From Octopus vulgaris (Eukaryota): a DNA stretch of 64,000 nucleotides. This document shows, piece by piece, positions 12,569 to 25,140 of the stretch. The translations under genes were made by a program, and so were the position numbers. The DNA lies in assembly GCA_951406725.2 (NCBI GenBank), contig OX597829.1:39432001-39496000 (forward strand). Reading direction: 5' to 3'. Each line of letters opens with the position of its first letter. The stretch's first letter is position 1. The notes beneath the pieces are model-generated. The model was not told where the DNA came from and searched no databases. It worked only from the letters and a program-made list of their open reading frames with translations.

Positions 12569-12890
12569 CATCATCATCATCATCATCGTCGTCGTTTAAC
12601 GTCCGTTCTCCATGCTAGCATGGGTTGGACGGTTCGACCGGAGATCTGGGAAGCCAGAAGGCTGCACCAGGCTCCAGTCTTATCTGGCAGTGTTTCTACA
12701 GCTGGATGCCCTTCCTAACGCCAACCACTCCGTGAGTGTAGTGGGTGCTTTTTACGTGCCACCTGCACAGGTGCCAGGCGACGCTGGCAACGGCCACGGT
12801 CGGATTGGTGTATTTTATGTGCCACCGGCACGGAAGCCAGACGAGGCAGTGCTGGCATCGGCCACGAGTCGGATGGTGCTTTTTACGTAT
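12569..12890 (-). mobile_element. SINE-D
   Basis: Reverse-complement copy beginning (cat)n cgtttaacgtccg; three internal units. Confidence 0.85.
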
Positions 12891-14260
12891 AAAAACGTTT
12901 GATATACTTTGTAGCATGTTAAGGTTGCATAATGAAATACGGTGTCCCTACAGGTATTAATTTAAAATTAACCAATAATAATCCACTGCACAACACTAAA
13001 TGTCACAAGGCAAAATGGCTACAATATCTAACCGTGACTCTTTACATTCTCCATTTAAAATTCCACTGATGTCAACTTTTGTCTTTCATCTTTCCAGGAT
13101 TGATGAAATAAAGTGCCAGTAAAGTATCGGGGTTGATTTAATATTCCTAAAAAGCCTCTTAATTGTGAATGGGATCATAATAGAAGGAGACTATTTGTAT
13201 AATTCCTATGTGTTCTACACACGTTATATGAATCAATTTGGAAGCTGTTACCCAAATTTACTTCAAATTATTCACTACCACCTAACCATGGAATGAAAAT
13301 ATTAGAAAATATAGCCTTAGATACACTGTTTCTGAGAGAGAAAGGGAGAGATTGTGGCAAGAATACTTTTGATCTTAAGTTTGTTTGATCAGGGCTAATT
13401 TGAAGCTGGAAACAATTTGTTCGAATTATGCAGTTGTACTGAATATTATGACCAAAAGAAACTTTTGATATTTTTGGATGTTAATCACGCTGGGCAGGAT
13501 TTAGAACTTCATACCTTCATGACAGTTCCTTTTATTGCAAGAGAATGCTTTGTGTTTTATGGTAATTGTTTTTAATCAAAGTGAGTGTGAATTTGGGAAA
13601 ATCATTATTGGTTTATACGTAGAAATATAATTCTTGACATACGTAAACATATCGATTAGTTATATTGTTCAGCTCTGGTTCAGCCTTTATTGGGCAGATC
13701 TATGACCAAAGCTTTCAATGTAATTGACCTGTCTTGTTTTCAGAAATAGTCTATGTAGGACTATATCATTCAAAGTGCTCTTTGTTCTTATTTTTCTTTG
13801 TAAGATGGCAAGGTGAAGTTTGAGGGAAATTCAGCTTCTATTTCTAGCAGGTATAGCAACCACATAAAAGTTTATTTGACAGTGCATAGTATTGATTAAT
13901 ATGATTAGTTTCTGTCATTAGGTGTTGGCCACGCTGGACCACTGCTATGCAGGACTTTAGTTGAACAAATTGACTCAAGTACTTAAGTTTTTCTTTTAAG
14001 TCTGGTCCTTATTCTATTGGTCTTTTTTTTTCTTTTTGTTGAACTGCCAAGTTATAAAGGCATAAGCACACCAACACTGGTCATCAAGTGGTAGTGGTTA
14101 TGGGGGGGGGGGGGCAAACAAAGACACACACACACAGAGGCTTCAGTCAGTTCCTGTATACCAAATCCATTCATAGGGCTTTGTTCATAATTGAAGAAAA
14201 CTAGTATTGGTGATATTTAGAATGATATGGGTTGGGGCTATGGCATTGCAGTATTTATGA

Positions 14261-14495
14261 AGGCGGCGATCTGGCAGAAACGTTAACACACAGGGTGAAA
14301 TGCTTAGCGGTATTTCATCTGCCGTCACGTTCTGAGTTCAAATTCCGCCAAGGTCGACTTGGCCTTTCATCCTTTCGGGGTCAATTAAATAAGTACCAGT
14401 TATGCACTGGGGCCGATGTAATCGACTTAATCTGTTTATCTGTCCTTGTTTGTCCTCTCTGTGTTTAGCTCTTTGTGACAGTAAAGAAATAGGTA
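14261..14495 (+). mobile_element. SINE-A
   Basis: Full-length copy; TSD gtatttat. Confidence 0.9.
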
Positions 14496-14819
14496 TTTAT
14501 TCTCTGTCATATCTATATTTTTAAGTTCAAATCCTGCCTGGGTTGACTTTGTCTTTTTGTCTTCCTAGTAGTTGTCGAAATAAATGCCAAATCATACACC
14601 GAGGTTCATTCCAATTGACTGTGATACTTTTTCTGTCTCAGGATCCAATTTGTTACAGCTTTTAGTCAGTCTGTGGAGATTAGTTTAAAATGTTAAAAAG
14701 GAAAAAAAAAGTTGAATTAGTTTGAAGGAAGAGGCTGGGAATATTTATAGAAACATGTGCCCCAGCATGGCCACAGCTCATGGGCTGAAACTAGAATCAA
14801 TCAATCAATCAACTCAGTG

Positions 14820-15112
14820 GCCCATTATTCCTGGGAGGGTCATGAGGGAAGAGTCTTCAGGCATCTCTTTCATCCTTCAAAAGGGTTTCATCAGAAGCAG
14901 CAATCATTACACCTTCCAAATGGATTCCCGAGTTTGGACCAACTGAGACTATGGATGTCATCTGACCATCATGTTCTTGGTTTACCAATAGGTCTTCTGC
15001 TGGATGGCTCAGCTTGAAGAATTTGTCTTACAATTCTTTCTTGCAGCATTCTAATTACATGTTCACAGAACCAGAGCTGTGACCTCTCAATATGAAGAAG
15101 CAGTGGCTTGCT
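14820..15112 (-). mobile_element. RTE LINE C-terminal fragment
   Basis: PLLLHIERSQLWFCEHVIRMLQERIVRQILQAEPSSRRPIGKPRT*WSDDI. Confidence 0.75.
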
Positions 15113-15664
15113 GGAAGGAAGGACTAAATTTAGAGGGTTAAAGCAGGGCCCAGGGAGAGGTGAACGTGGTCAAGTGTACACAATATGAAGAGCAAGAGAA
15201 AGAACAATGAAGGTAGTGGGCCAAATAAGTGAAGATTTCCTGAATGAAGGTAGTACATGCCAACCAGTACCATGTAACAGAGGTTACTGTTGTACCAGCA
15301 GAAATGGTAAAAAGTAGAGATGGGTCAGAGGTTGGAGTATGTTGGTAAGCATGAGAAGTGTGCAGAAATCATTAAAAGGTTAACTAGAAGTACATGTACG
15401 GTGAGGAAGAAACAAACATTATTAGTCAATGACTGTCTTTGTTTTTCCTTGAGGTATGGATTACAGGGAACACCACTGGGTAAGCTTCAGTTTTATTTGA
15501 AAGGCATTGTCCTCAGTGTACTTTCTGAAGTAATGTAAGTAAATGTACACTGTTTGTACATTGGTATGTACGAGGCTCAGTGCTTAGAGCATCAGCCTCA
15601 CACTCATGAAGTAGTGAGTTCGAATCCCAGACCAGGTTGTGTCTTGTATACTTGAGCAAGACAC

Positions 15665-15897
15665 AAGGCGGCGAGCTGGCAGAACCGTTAGCATGCCGGG
15701 CGAAATGCGCAGCCGTATTTCTTCTGCCGTTACATTCTGAGTTCCAATTCCACCGAGGTCGACTTTGTCTTTCATTCCTTTTGGGGTCGATAAATAAAGT
15801 ACCAGTTACGCATTGGGGTTGATGTAATCGACTTAATTCGTTTGTCTGTCCTTGTTTGTCCCTCTATGTTTAGCCCCTTGTGGGTAATAAAGAAACA
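15665..15897 (+). mobile_element. SINE-A nested in SINE-C
   Basis: 18-bp TSD tatacttgagcaagacac at 15647-15664 and 15898-15915. Confidence 0.92.
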
Positions 15898-16167
15898 TAT
15901 ACTTGAGCAAGACACTTTATTTCACGTTGCTCCAGTTCACTCAGCTGTAGAAATGAGTTGCAACGTCACACTGTATTGGCCTTTGCCTTTCCCTTGGATA
16001 ACATCAGTGGCATGGAGAGGGGAGGCTGGAAGGCATGGATGACTGCTAGTCTTCCATAAACAACCTTGCCCAGATTTGAGCCTCAGAGGGGAACTTTTTA
16101 GGTGCAATCCCATGGTCATTCATGACTGAAGGGAGTCTTTTCCCTTTTACCCCTGTACATTGGTAAA

Positions 16168-16405
16168 TCATCATCAACATTTAACATCTGTTTTCCATGC
16201 TGGCATGGGTTGGATGGCTTGACAGGAACTGACAGGGTCAGGGACGACAACAGGTTCCAACTGTCTGTTTTGGTTTGGTTTCTATGGCTGGGTACCCTTC
16301 CTAACGCCAACCACTCCACAGAGTGTACAGAGTGCTTTTTATGTGCCACCATCACATGGACTTTTTAAGTGGCACCGTCATCAGTGCTTTTTTACATGGC
16401 ATTGG
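16168..16405 (-). mobile_element. SINE-D, diverged (further old copies near 7125-7350, 16997-17175, 22480-22790, 28515-28678, 60572-60738)
   Basis: catttaacatctgttttccatgctggcatgggttgga..cccttcctaacgccaaccact. Confidence 0.75.
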
Positions 16406-17369
16406 TTTTCAGATCTAATGTAATTTTAGGATGAATTAATCTAATTAGCTAATGCTGGAGAGAGTATGGGCAGTGGAGTTGAGAATCACACAATGGATTC
16501 ATCTTTGTTCTTCACCCTTCCAAGGTTGATAAAATAAAAGTGTATTAGGGTTGATTAATTTGACCAATCCTTTCACCCCAAATTTGTCGCCTTGAATCAG
16601 CCAATATTAGAAATCAATATTTTGAACAATAAGCAATGAAAGCCTAATCTGCAAATGCGAACTTGCCTGAAAATGCAAGCAAGTGATTATTTTTGTTTTT
16701 GTTTTTGTTCTTCATTGTAACCAATGCTTTTCTGCAGCTGGTATTGATTAATTTACATTCATAATTTTTGTTAACTAAGGTAACTTGAATACAGACTGTA
16801 TGTAATATAGATTTTGAAATTAATGAAAACGTCACCATAAAAAATGCTGTATAATCTCTGCAGGTTAGCTTAGAGAGAGAGAGTGAGAGAGGGAGAGAAA
16901 AAGAGAGACAGAGAGAGAATATATGCCGTGTGTATGTGTGTGTGTATGTTTTCAGTATGCTTATCTAAAAAGCACCTCTTCTCCCCCTACACAGACATCA
17001 TCATCATCACCATTTAATATCTGTTTTTCATGCTAGCATGGGTTGGATGGTTTGACAGGAGCTGTCCAGTCTTCAGTTGTCCATTGTGGCATTATTTCTA
17101 TGGCTGGATGCCCTTCCTAATGCCAACCACTTTACAGAGTGTGCTGGGTGCTTTTTACATGCTACCGGCATGGGTGTGTTGATGCAGCACTGCCAAATAA
17201 AATAAAAAATAGAAATATAGAAGGTGGTCATTGTTGTTGTTTAGGCCCATGTAATATTAAAAAACGTTCTAGCCATGACCATCACGTCATATCAGGGACT
17301 ACACTGGGAAATGTATTCTACTTTATTTAAGATGTTGGTTGAATGTATTTCTTGCAGGATAGCAATTCT

Positions 17370-17850
17370 GTAGAGGTCAATGCTTCCAACTCTCAAAGAA
17401 CTGGACACTGCTATCTGCTAAGCATATGACAATAAAGTTCTTGGACCTGATTCTGTTCCTGCAGAACAGTTAAAACAAGGAGGAAGATCCCTGGAAGTTT
17501 GTCTCCATCAAGTAATTCTATGAATATAGGAATAATGATCTAACTTCAGTTTTCTTTGAAGTTGTCTTTATAGTGACCATCTTAAAAAAACAAAAATAAA
17601 ATGATAACCTTAAGGTATGTGGAAATAAGAGATCTCTCTATTATCATTAGCTGGCAAGATCTTATTTGGAATTCATATAAATCGACTCAAATAACTTTTG
17701 GAAAAATATTGGTGGCCCAATATTGCTTCCATCCTTGATGTGGCATGACTGACATAATTCTTATAACTCGACAATTTCAAAAGGCAAGAAAACAACAAAA
17801 ATCAGTCCTTTTCATCTGTGATCTGGTTACGAAAACCCACCTTATGGAAT
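17370..17850 (+). mobile_element. Highly decayed RTE/BovB-like RT fragment
   Basis: PTLKELDTAI..GPDSVPAEQLKQGG..CGN.R..SLLSLAGKIL..CGMTDIILITRQFQ. Confidence 0.7.
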
Positions 17851-18124
17851 TCATAGTCATCATTACTAGGGGATTAAATAAATCAGATTGACTAATTTAC
17901 ATATATAATGCATTCTTCAGCTGCTAGTTAATAATAAATTAATAAAGCATATAGTGTTTTCAGCATTATACTTAACTACTGAATAAATCTATAAATTTCT
18001 CACCAACAAGATGCCTATACAAAATTTTTATGGATGGAAAAAGATTATCATCTATTTGTCTGACCATACATTGACCTAGCTAGCTAAACAAGCATCTAGC
18101 TGGCTAATTAGACATTCGTCTTTC

Positions 18125-18335
18125 TCTTTCGTCTGATGCTTCTTAGGTCCAACTTTTCTCTCAAGGCACTTCCACTCTGTCGGGTAGCATACTGGCTTCA
18201 TTTCTTGCAAGCTTACACATATCCTCAGCAGTCACAGCTCATGTTTCACTGCCATGTAGCATGGCTGTTCGTACACATGCGTCATACAGTCTGCCTTTTA
18301 CTCTGAGCGAGAGGCCTTTTGTCACCAGCAGAGGT
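18125..18335 (-). mobile_element. RTE LINE fragment
   Basis: PLLVTKGLSLRVKGRLYDACVRTAMLHGSET*AVTAEDMCKLARNEASML. Confidence 0.85.
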
Positions 18336-18341
18336 ATATAT

Positions 18342-18374
<33 letters not shown>

Positions 18375-19473
18375 CAAATAGTGAGCGGTGTTCCGCAAGG
18401 CACTGTTCTGGGACTACTACTGTTCATAATGGCCCTCTCAGACATGCCCTCAGCCACGCAGAGAGCCACGATCACAAGTTATGCAGATGATACAAAAGTT
18501 TCACAGGCAATACAGAACCCTGAAGACACTAAGCACCTGCAATGTGAGCTGGACAAAATATACAAGTGGGCTGAAAAGAATAGCATGCAGTTCAATGCTG
18601 AAAAGTTTCAAGCGATATACTATCAGCATGCAAAACTAAATGCAATACCCAATAAATACACTGGACCTGGAGGGATTGCAATCCCAGAGGCACAATCAGT
18701 GCGAGACCTGGGTATTTACATGAGTGATGATGCAACCTTTCATGTGCATGTTGCTAAATTGGCAATGAAATGTAGGCGGCTGACCGGATGGATTCTTAGA
18801 ACCTTTAGAACAAGCAACCAGGAAACCATGATGGTCCTCTGGAGGACACTTGTCCTAAGCCACTTTGACTATTGCTCTCAGCTATGGTCACCATCCAGTG
18901 TCAAGTTAATCACAGAACTTGAGGCGATCCAACGAAGCTACATGAAGAAGATAGCCTCTGTGCAGCACATAAGCTATTGGGAAAGACTCAAGAGATTGAG
19001 ACTCTATTCCTTAAAGTGTAGGCGAGAAAGATATGCCATAATATACATCTGGAAGATCCTAGAAGGACTTGTCCCAAACTTTGGCATCGAGAGTTACACA
19101 AATGCCAGAACTGGGCGCCACTGCATAGTGCCAAGGACTCCAAATTTGCCATCAAGATGTAGGACAAGATACTGTGATAGCCTGGGCTTCCGAGGCCCAC
19201 AGCTCTTCAATATCCTCCCGAAGAACCTAAGAGACCTTTATGGGGTTGATGCAGATGTCTTTAAAATGAAACTGGATCTCTTCTTGTCAGGTGTTCCAGA
19301 TGAACCAACTTCACGGCAGGAGGTGCAGATGAGGGCAGCTGCATCGAACTCTCTCATGCACCAGATGGCATTTGCTAAAAAGCATTTGTGAAGTAAAATC
19401 ATGTAGCAACACCAAATGGTGGTGCCCCAGCATGGCCACAGCTTGTGAGCTGAAACTAAATAAAATAAAAAAA
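18375..19473 (+). mobile_element. 5'-truncated CR1-group LINE (RT C-terminal half, 3' UTR stem-loop, A-rich tail)
   Basis: Open frame to 19391 with GVPQGTVLG..LF, YADDTK, QFNAEKF, RDLGI, DYCSQLWSP, YWERLKRLRLYSL, FKMKLDLFL..VPDEP. Ends in taaaataaaa. Inserted in a (TA)/(TACA) microsatellite. Confidence 0.93.
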
Positions 19474-19572
19474 GACATATATATATACACACATATATTT
19501 GCGTTCTTGTCCCATTTTGTATTTTTTATATATAAATTTTATACATATATATATATATACATACATACATAT

Positions 19573-19609
<37 letters not shown>

Positions 19610-20024
19610 GATAAAATACAAATAAGTATCAAAGTTATATAGTACCCTACATGCAAATGGAGTGTATTGAAATAACAGCTGATACAATGTAACTCATGCC
19701 TACACTGAGTCAGCTGTTATATTTTTTTGTCTTGTGCTTATTTTATCAGCCTCTTTTGCTGAACTGCCAAGTCAGGAGGGACATAAACAAACCAACAATG
19801 GTTATAAAGCAAGGGTAGTGGAGGGGAATAAACTCACACACATACAACAGGCTTTCACTTAGTTTCCATCTACCAAATTCACTCACAAGGCTTTAGTTGT
19901 CCTGGGGCTGTCGTAGAAGACAATGGTTCAAGGCGCCACATGTTGGGTTTGAACTGAAACCACATGGTTGGAAAGCAAGCTTCTTAACTACACAGCCATG
20001 CCTGCACAAAGTTTGCCAATGTCT

Positions 20025-20310
20025 TACAGCACGAGGGTCAGAGACGAGTGGGGTTATTCTGGATTGCTGGACAGTATATCAGAGAGAATTGAGATGTTGC
20101 CGGTGAGAAGTGTATACAGATGGATAATGGTTTGCTTGCACTTAGTGACTCTGAAAAGAAAGAGGCATGGAAGTGCAACTATTAAAGGTTATTAAATGCA
20201 AAGATTGCATGGGAGAAAGGTAGTCTCCCCCATGTAGACCCAACAGAGGGACCAGCTATCCTAGTTGACAGCAGTATGATAGATAAGGCATTCAATGATG
20301 TGAAGACAGA
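20025..20310 (+). mobile_element. RTE LINE linker-region fragment
   Basis: Degenerate ..LLNAKIAWEKGSLPHVDPTEGPAILVDSSMIDKAFNDVKT, typical of the region just before the RT domain. Confidence 0.6.
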
Positions 20311-20400
20311 TTTGACATGGTTTTTATGGCTGGATGCTCTTCCTAAAATCAAACACCTTACAGAGTGGACCGCATGCTTTTTCCATGCCACTGGCACTAG

Positions 20401-20895
20401 TCATCATCATTGTTCAACCATGGTTGAGACAATGGAATTTACTATGTTACACCAAGACTTCACGGTCCATCATAGCATTATGAAGGTCCTGTTGCTGGAT
20501 GCCTGTATCCCTGGAGATTATATCAGGGTGGGAGAGTGTGTGCCCTCTGGTATCGCGTGCAGATGGCTTCCAGAGGAGAAGAGTAGAAATTACCTTGTTT
20601 TCAGCTCTACAACAATGTCCAGCAAACTGGACTCTTGTACCTTTCACAAGAGATGATACAGGTGGTAATTTCCCATATATTTGTACTTTGGTTGGATGGC
20701 ACTTCCACGAGAGATTCTGAGCTCTCATAAGGAGGCGAGTGTAAGTTCCATTCAACCGCCTCACAAGCTTCTTTGATAACGTCCAGGTTTCTGAGCCATA
20801 TAGTAGAATTGGTTCGATTGTGGCTTTGAAGATTTTAAGTTTGAAATCTCTACTTAGATTTGATGACCAGATCTTATGCATATCATTACAGGCCG
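20401..20895 (-). mobile_element. RTE-clade LINE 3' end
   Basis: KIWSSNLSRDFKLKIFKATIEPILLYGSETWTL..QFAGHCCR..AMMDREV, then (TGA)n tail. Confidence 0.9.
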
Positions 20896-21990
20896 AAAAG
20901 ACTATGGCGCTAGTGAGGGTGCCATGTAAACTTGCAAGACAGAAAAGATCAATGCAAAAGAAAAAGGTCCCACAATTAATAATTAAAATGTGTGTGTGTG
21001 TGTGTTCGTCTCGATGTCATGTGATAGTTGTAAATGACTGTCATTGTCATAGAAGCTGTGTCATTCATTTTCTATATTCAACAAGATGTCTGGTCATGGG
21101 AAAATATTACCTTGCTTGGAAACTGGTGAAAACCTGCTTCAATAAACTTCAATTAATGCATGAAAGAGTGAAACAGTAAATGTTATGATGATGATATATG
21201 TGTGTGTATATATTTGTGTGTGTCTATATATATATGTGTATATGTGTGTGCATGTATACCTATGTGTCTATATATATGTGTGTATATGTGTATGTATGTG
21301 TGTCTGTACAATATAATTAATAAAAATGTTAGAGTAAACTTTCCATGGGGTGGAGGTGGTGGAAAGTCCAACATTTCCCTTCTTCAAGGAAAAATTGAAA
21401 AGAGAGAAATAACTGAAAGACAGCTGAGTTTTATATCCTTTAAATTAAAAGAAAGAAAGGAATAAAAAAAAAAATGGCTGCAACTGATGAGGAACACAAA
21501 ATCATGTGAGCTTCATACTTGAACAAAAAGCTGTAGGAGAAACAGTGTGAGAAGGAAGAAGGAAAGAGTAATGAAATGAGAATAAGTAGGCAAGGTAAGG
21601 GTTTAACGAACTAAGTGTAGGAGAAGGAAAAATGTTCAGTTAAACCTGTTAATGAAATGTGATCGAGTTTGCATATGCAATGTTGTTCCCTCTGTCTCAT
21701 TGTGCATGCAAATTGATGGTCTGTGGAGATGCTGTACACTGATAAATGAGTGATGGAATGGCCTGTTGTGTTGAAGTACATATGAGTATTCTCTGAATGT
21801 GCTCTGGAGAGCATACTTCTGTGTATCAGACTTATAAAAAAAATTATTACTTGAGTTGATTTCTTCAGCTAAACCATCCAAGTCGGTGCCCCAGCATGGC
21901 TGCAGTCCAATGACTGAAACAAGTAAAAGAGTAAAAGAATAAGGATATAATTGTATTTTATGCATACCACAGAAGGGCTGAAATAAATTC

Positions 21991-22046
<56 letters not shown>

Positions 22047-23088
22047 CTATGTGTGCATATGGTTGTATGTTCATATGTGTGCATGTGTTTACATTTAGAC
22101 TGTAATTTAGAAGCATTGAGCAATATGATTGCCAGTTGTTTTTATTTGAAAGCAAATGCATAAAAGAATGTTAAAAACGATAGCCCATAATATACTGGGC
22201 AAAAAAATGACCAGTATATTGTGAGCTACTATTTATAGCCACAGTCACAATCAAGCAACTTTATGAATGACACAACCATTTCTCAATCCTTCTAAAGTAT
22301 GATGAAAAATCTAAGCAAACTTATTTTCTTGCTTGCATGATGAAGACTTATTTTGGCAGTAGAAAGTTGGTCAAATTGTTTTGGTGTAACAGTATCCTTG
22401 CATTTGAATAATTTCACAAAAGGGATTTATGCACGCATACACACACACGCACACACACCCCTGTGTATTTTTATATATCGTCATCATCATCGTCACCATC
22501 ATCATCGTTTAATGTCTGCCTTCCATGCTGGCATGGGTTGGACGGTTTGACAAGAGCCAGCCAGGTAGAAGACTACACCAAGCTTCTGTGTCTGTTTTGA
22601 CAGGGTTTTTATGGCTGGATGCCCTTCCTAGCACAGAGTGGACTGAGTGCTTTCTATGTGACACAAGCACTGTTGAAGTCAGTTTTGGCATGAGTTTACA
22701 GCTAGATGCCCGTCCAAATGCCAACCACTTTACAGTGTGGATTGAATGTCTTTTACATGGCACCAGCAGCAGCAGCAGGGTCACCAAGTAACTTGTAAGA
22801 CAAGGAATCTTTGAGAGGGGATGTGGCACTGGAGGAGGTGATCTTGTGTCAGATGATGAAAAGTTAGTGTTTGACAGAGAGACAGAAATAGGTGTCTTGC
22901 TATAGAGGAGGTACATGGTTACCTGGTCAGAGTGATAGAGAAAGATAGATAGATAGAGAGATGGACAGTTTCCAGCTACTTAATTTTATTTAGAAGGTAT
23001 TGATCTTGGAACTTAGAACCATGTGATTGCAAAGCAAATTTCTTAACCACTCAGTGATATCTGCCTGATCCTTATCCTTTCTACATTC

Positions 23089-23488
23089 TATTTCTTTACA
23101 ACCCACAAGGGGCTAAACACAGAGGGGACAAACAATGACAGACAAACGGATTAAGTCGATTACATCAACCCCAGTGTTCAACTGGTACTTAATTTATCGA
23201 CCCTGAAAGGATGAAAGGCAAAGTCGAGCTTGGTGGAATTTGAACTCAGAACATAACTGCAGACGAAATACCTACTCTTTATTACCCACAAGGGGCTAAA
23301 CAAATAGGGGACAAACGAGGACAGACAAATGGATTAAGTCGATTACATCAACCCCAGTGCGTAACTGGTACTTAATTTATCGACCCTGAAAGGATGAAAG
23401 GCAAAGGCGACCTCGGCGGAATTTGAACCCAGAACATAACAGCAGACGAAATACCGCTGAGCATTTCGCCCGGTGTGCTAACGTTTCT
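23089..23488 (-). mobile_element. SINE-A tandem dimer
   Basis: Two ~183-bp units; TSD tttctacattc at 23078-23088 and 23484-23494. Confidence 0.9.
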
Positions 23489-24769
23489 ACATTCCTCTTT
23501 CACCTTTAACCCAGATTAAAGTCATAAACTTTTTCCATATACTCTTTGAAGTGCTTCTGTTGTCCGCCTTGCATGTGCTCTCCTTTTTTTTGCTAGGAGT
23601 AAACTGGTGGTCTGTAGTTCACCATTGATATAAATTTTTTTGTGAACCTTTCTACTTTCACAGTTTATGAGCCAACAAGTGAGTTTCCACATTGGTGCAT
23701 ATCCTTTGAGAACTTTCTCCTCATGATACCTTACTATTTTTTGATAATGGACAAGAATACACTGAATAATGTAGTCCTGAGTTCATTGTACTTCAGAAAA
23801 AGACTGTTGGTAAGGTTTTGGTCATAGTTCTGCCCAATCAGAGCATGTGTGAGCTTAAAACCACAAAACGACAGTCTTTGTTGTTGAGTTTGAAATGTTC
23901 TGGAGATGGTTGCCCAACTCTTATAAGCATTGCATATTTTTGGCTACACTGTCAAGTGTCTCCCTCTTTGCTAAGGGCATTAGGGTATGATTTGGAGATT
24001 TTGGGTGCTAGTTCTATCAGCTTGAGTGACTCAGTAGAGGCTCATCTGATGAACATGAAGTATTTTTAGTTTTATTTGTCCCCTTTCATGGTCAATGTCT
24101 GATAGTAAAGTAAAATATCTTACCATCTCTGTGGGTCACCCCAATCTTCTTCAAAACCCTGAAAAAGATCAATGATACTGCCCTTCTGACTAAGTCATTT
24201 TTATGACCTAGTCATAAGGAAATCCCCAAAAGCTTTAGAAATCAATTATTAAAACACAACATTACAGGAGTTTAGCATTTAATGGTTTTTTTTTGTTGTT
24301 GCTGTTTCTATTGTTTAACTTTCAGGTTTGTTGTTATTACACAGACACAAGATCATGGCCACTTTGGTCTTTTGAATATCAATGACTACTTTCTATAAAA
24401 GTATCCTTTTCCAAAGCCGGAGGGAGTGTTTGAGGAAGTTATGTGGCTTTTCATAACAGTTTGAGTGGTTGCAAAACAGATTTTATGACGGCTTCATTGT
24501 AATGTTTAGGCAGCTGTGGAATAAATGTAATTTTAGATGCAATGTTACTAAACTGAAGATAGCTTTCCTGTTTTACATTTCTTTGACCTAACTTGAAATC
24601 TGCAGAATTTGGTGTTTTGTTCTTTGACCCAGGGAACAGCCTTCCTAAGTATGAACTCAGAAGCTGTTTGTTTGCTGTCTGGCTCCACTTGTCTGGCAGT
24701 TTCTTTTTCAGCACTGATACCAAGTTAAAATTTGTACTTTGCTTTCTTAAATCTTAAAGCTCCCACAGT

Positions 24770-25140
24770 GTTAATCGATTATTGACCTACTTTTTCCATG
24801 TTTGTATTGGTTCCCAGCAACTGATAACTTGTCGACCAATCAGCAAGCTAGTTTTCCATTATCATGTTAGTTTCCTGCAACTATTAACCTGGTAACCAAT
24901 CACTGAACTACTTTTTCATATTCATATTAATTTCCTGAAACCATTAACCTCATGTTTCAGTCAGTGAACTAATTTACAGTATTTATGTTTGCTGTGACTG
25001 TTAACTTGTTAACCAATCAGTGAATTAATTTCCCATGTTTATGTTTTTTTGTGACCAATCAGTGAACTAGTTTTTTCCCTCCGCATATATTATTTTCCTG
25101 CAATTATTAACCTGTGGACCAAACAGTGAACTAGGTTTTT
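24770..25140. repeat. Degenerate ~60-bp tandem repeat, 6-7 units, containing CCAATCAG
   Basis: ttaacct..accaatcagtgaactagttttccat..tttcctgcaac recurs near 24836, 24896, 24957, 25013, 25055, 25118. Confidence 0.85.

Noticed and set aside
24770-25140. CRISPR-like repeat/spacer array
   Set aside because: Spacers are homologous to each other, the context is eukaryotic and there are no cas genes; it is a tandem repeat.
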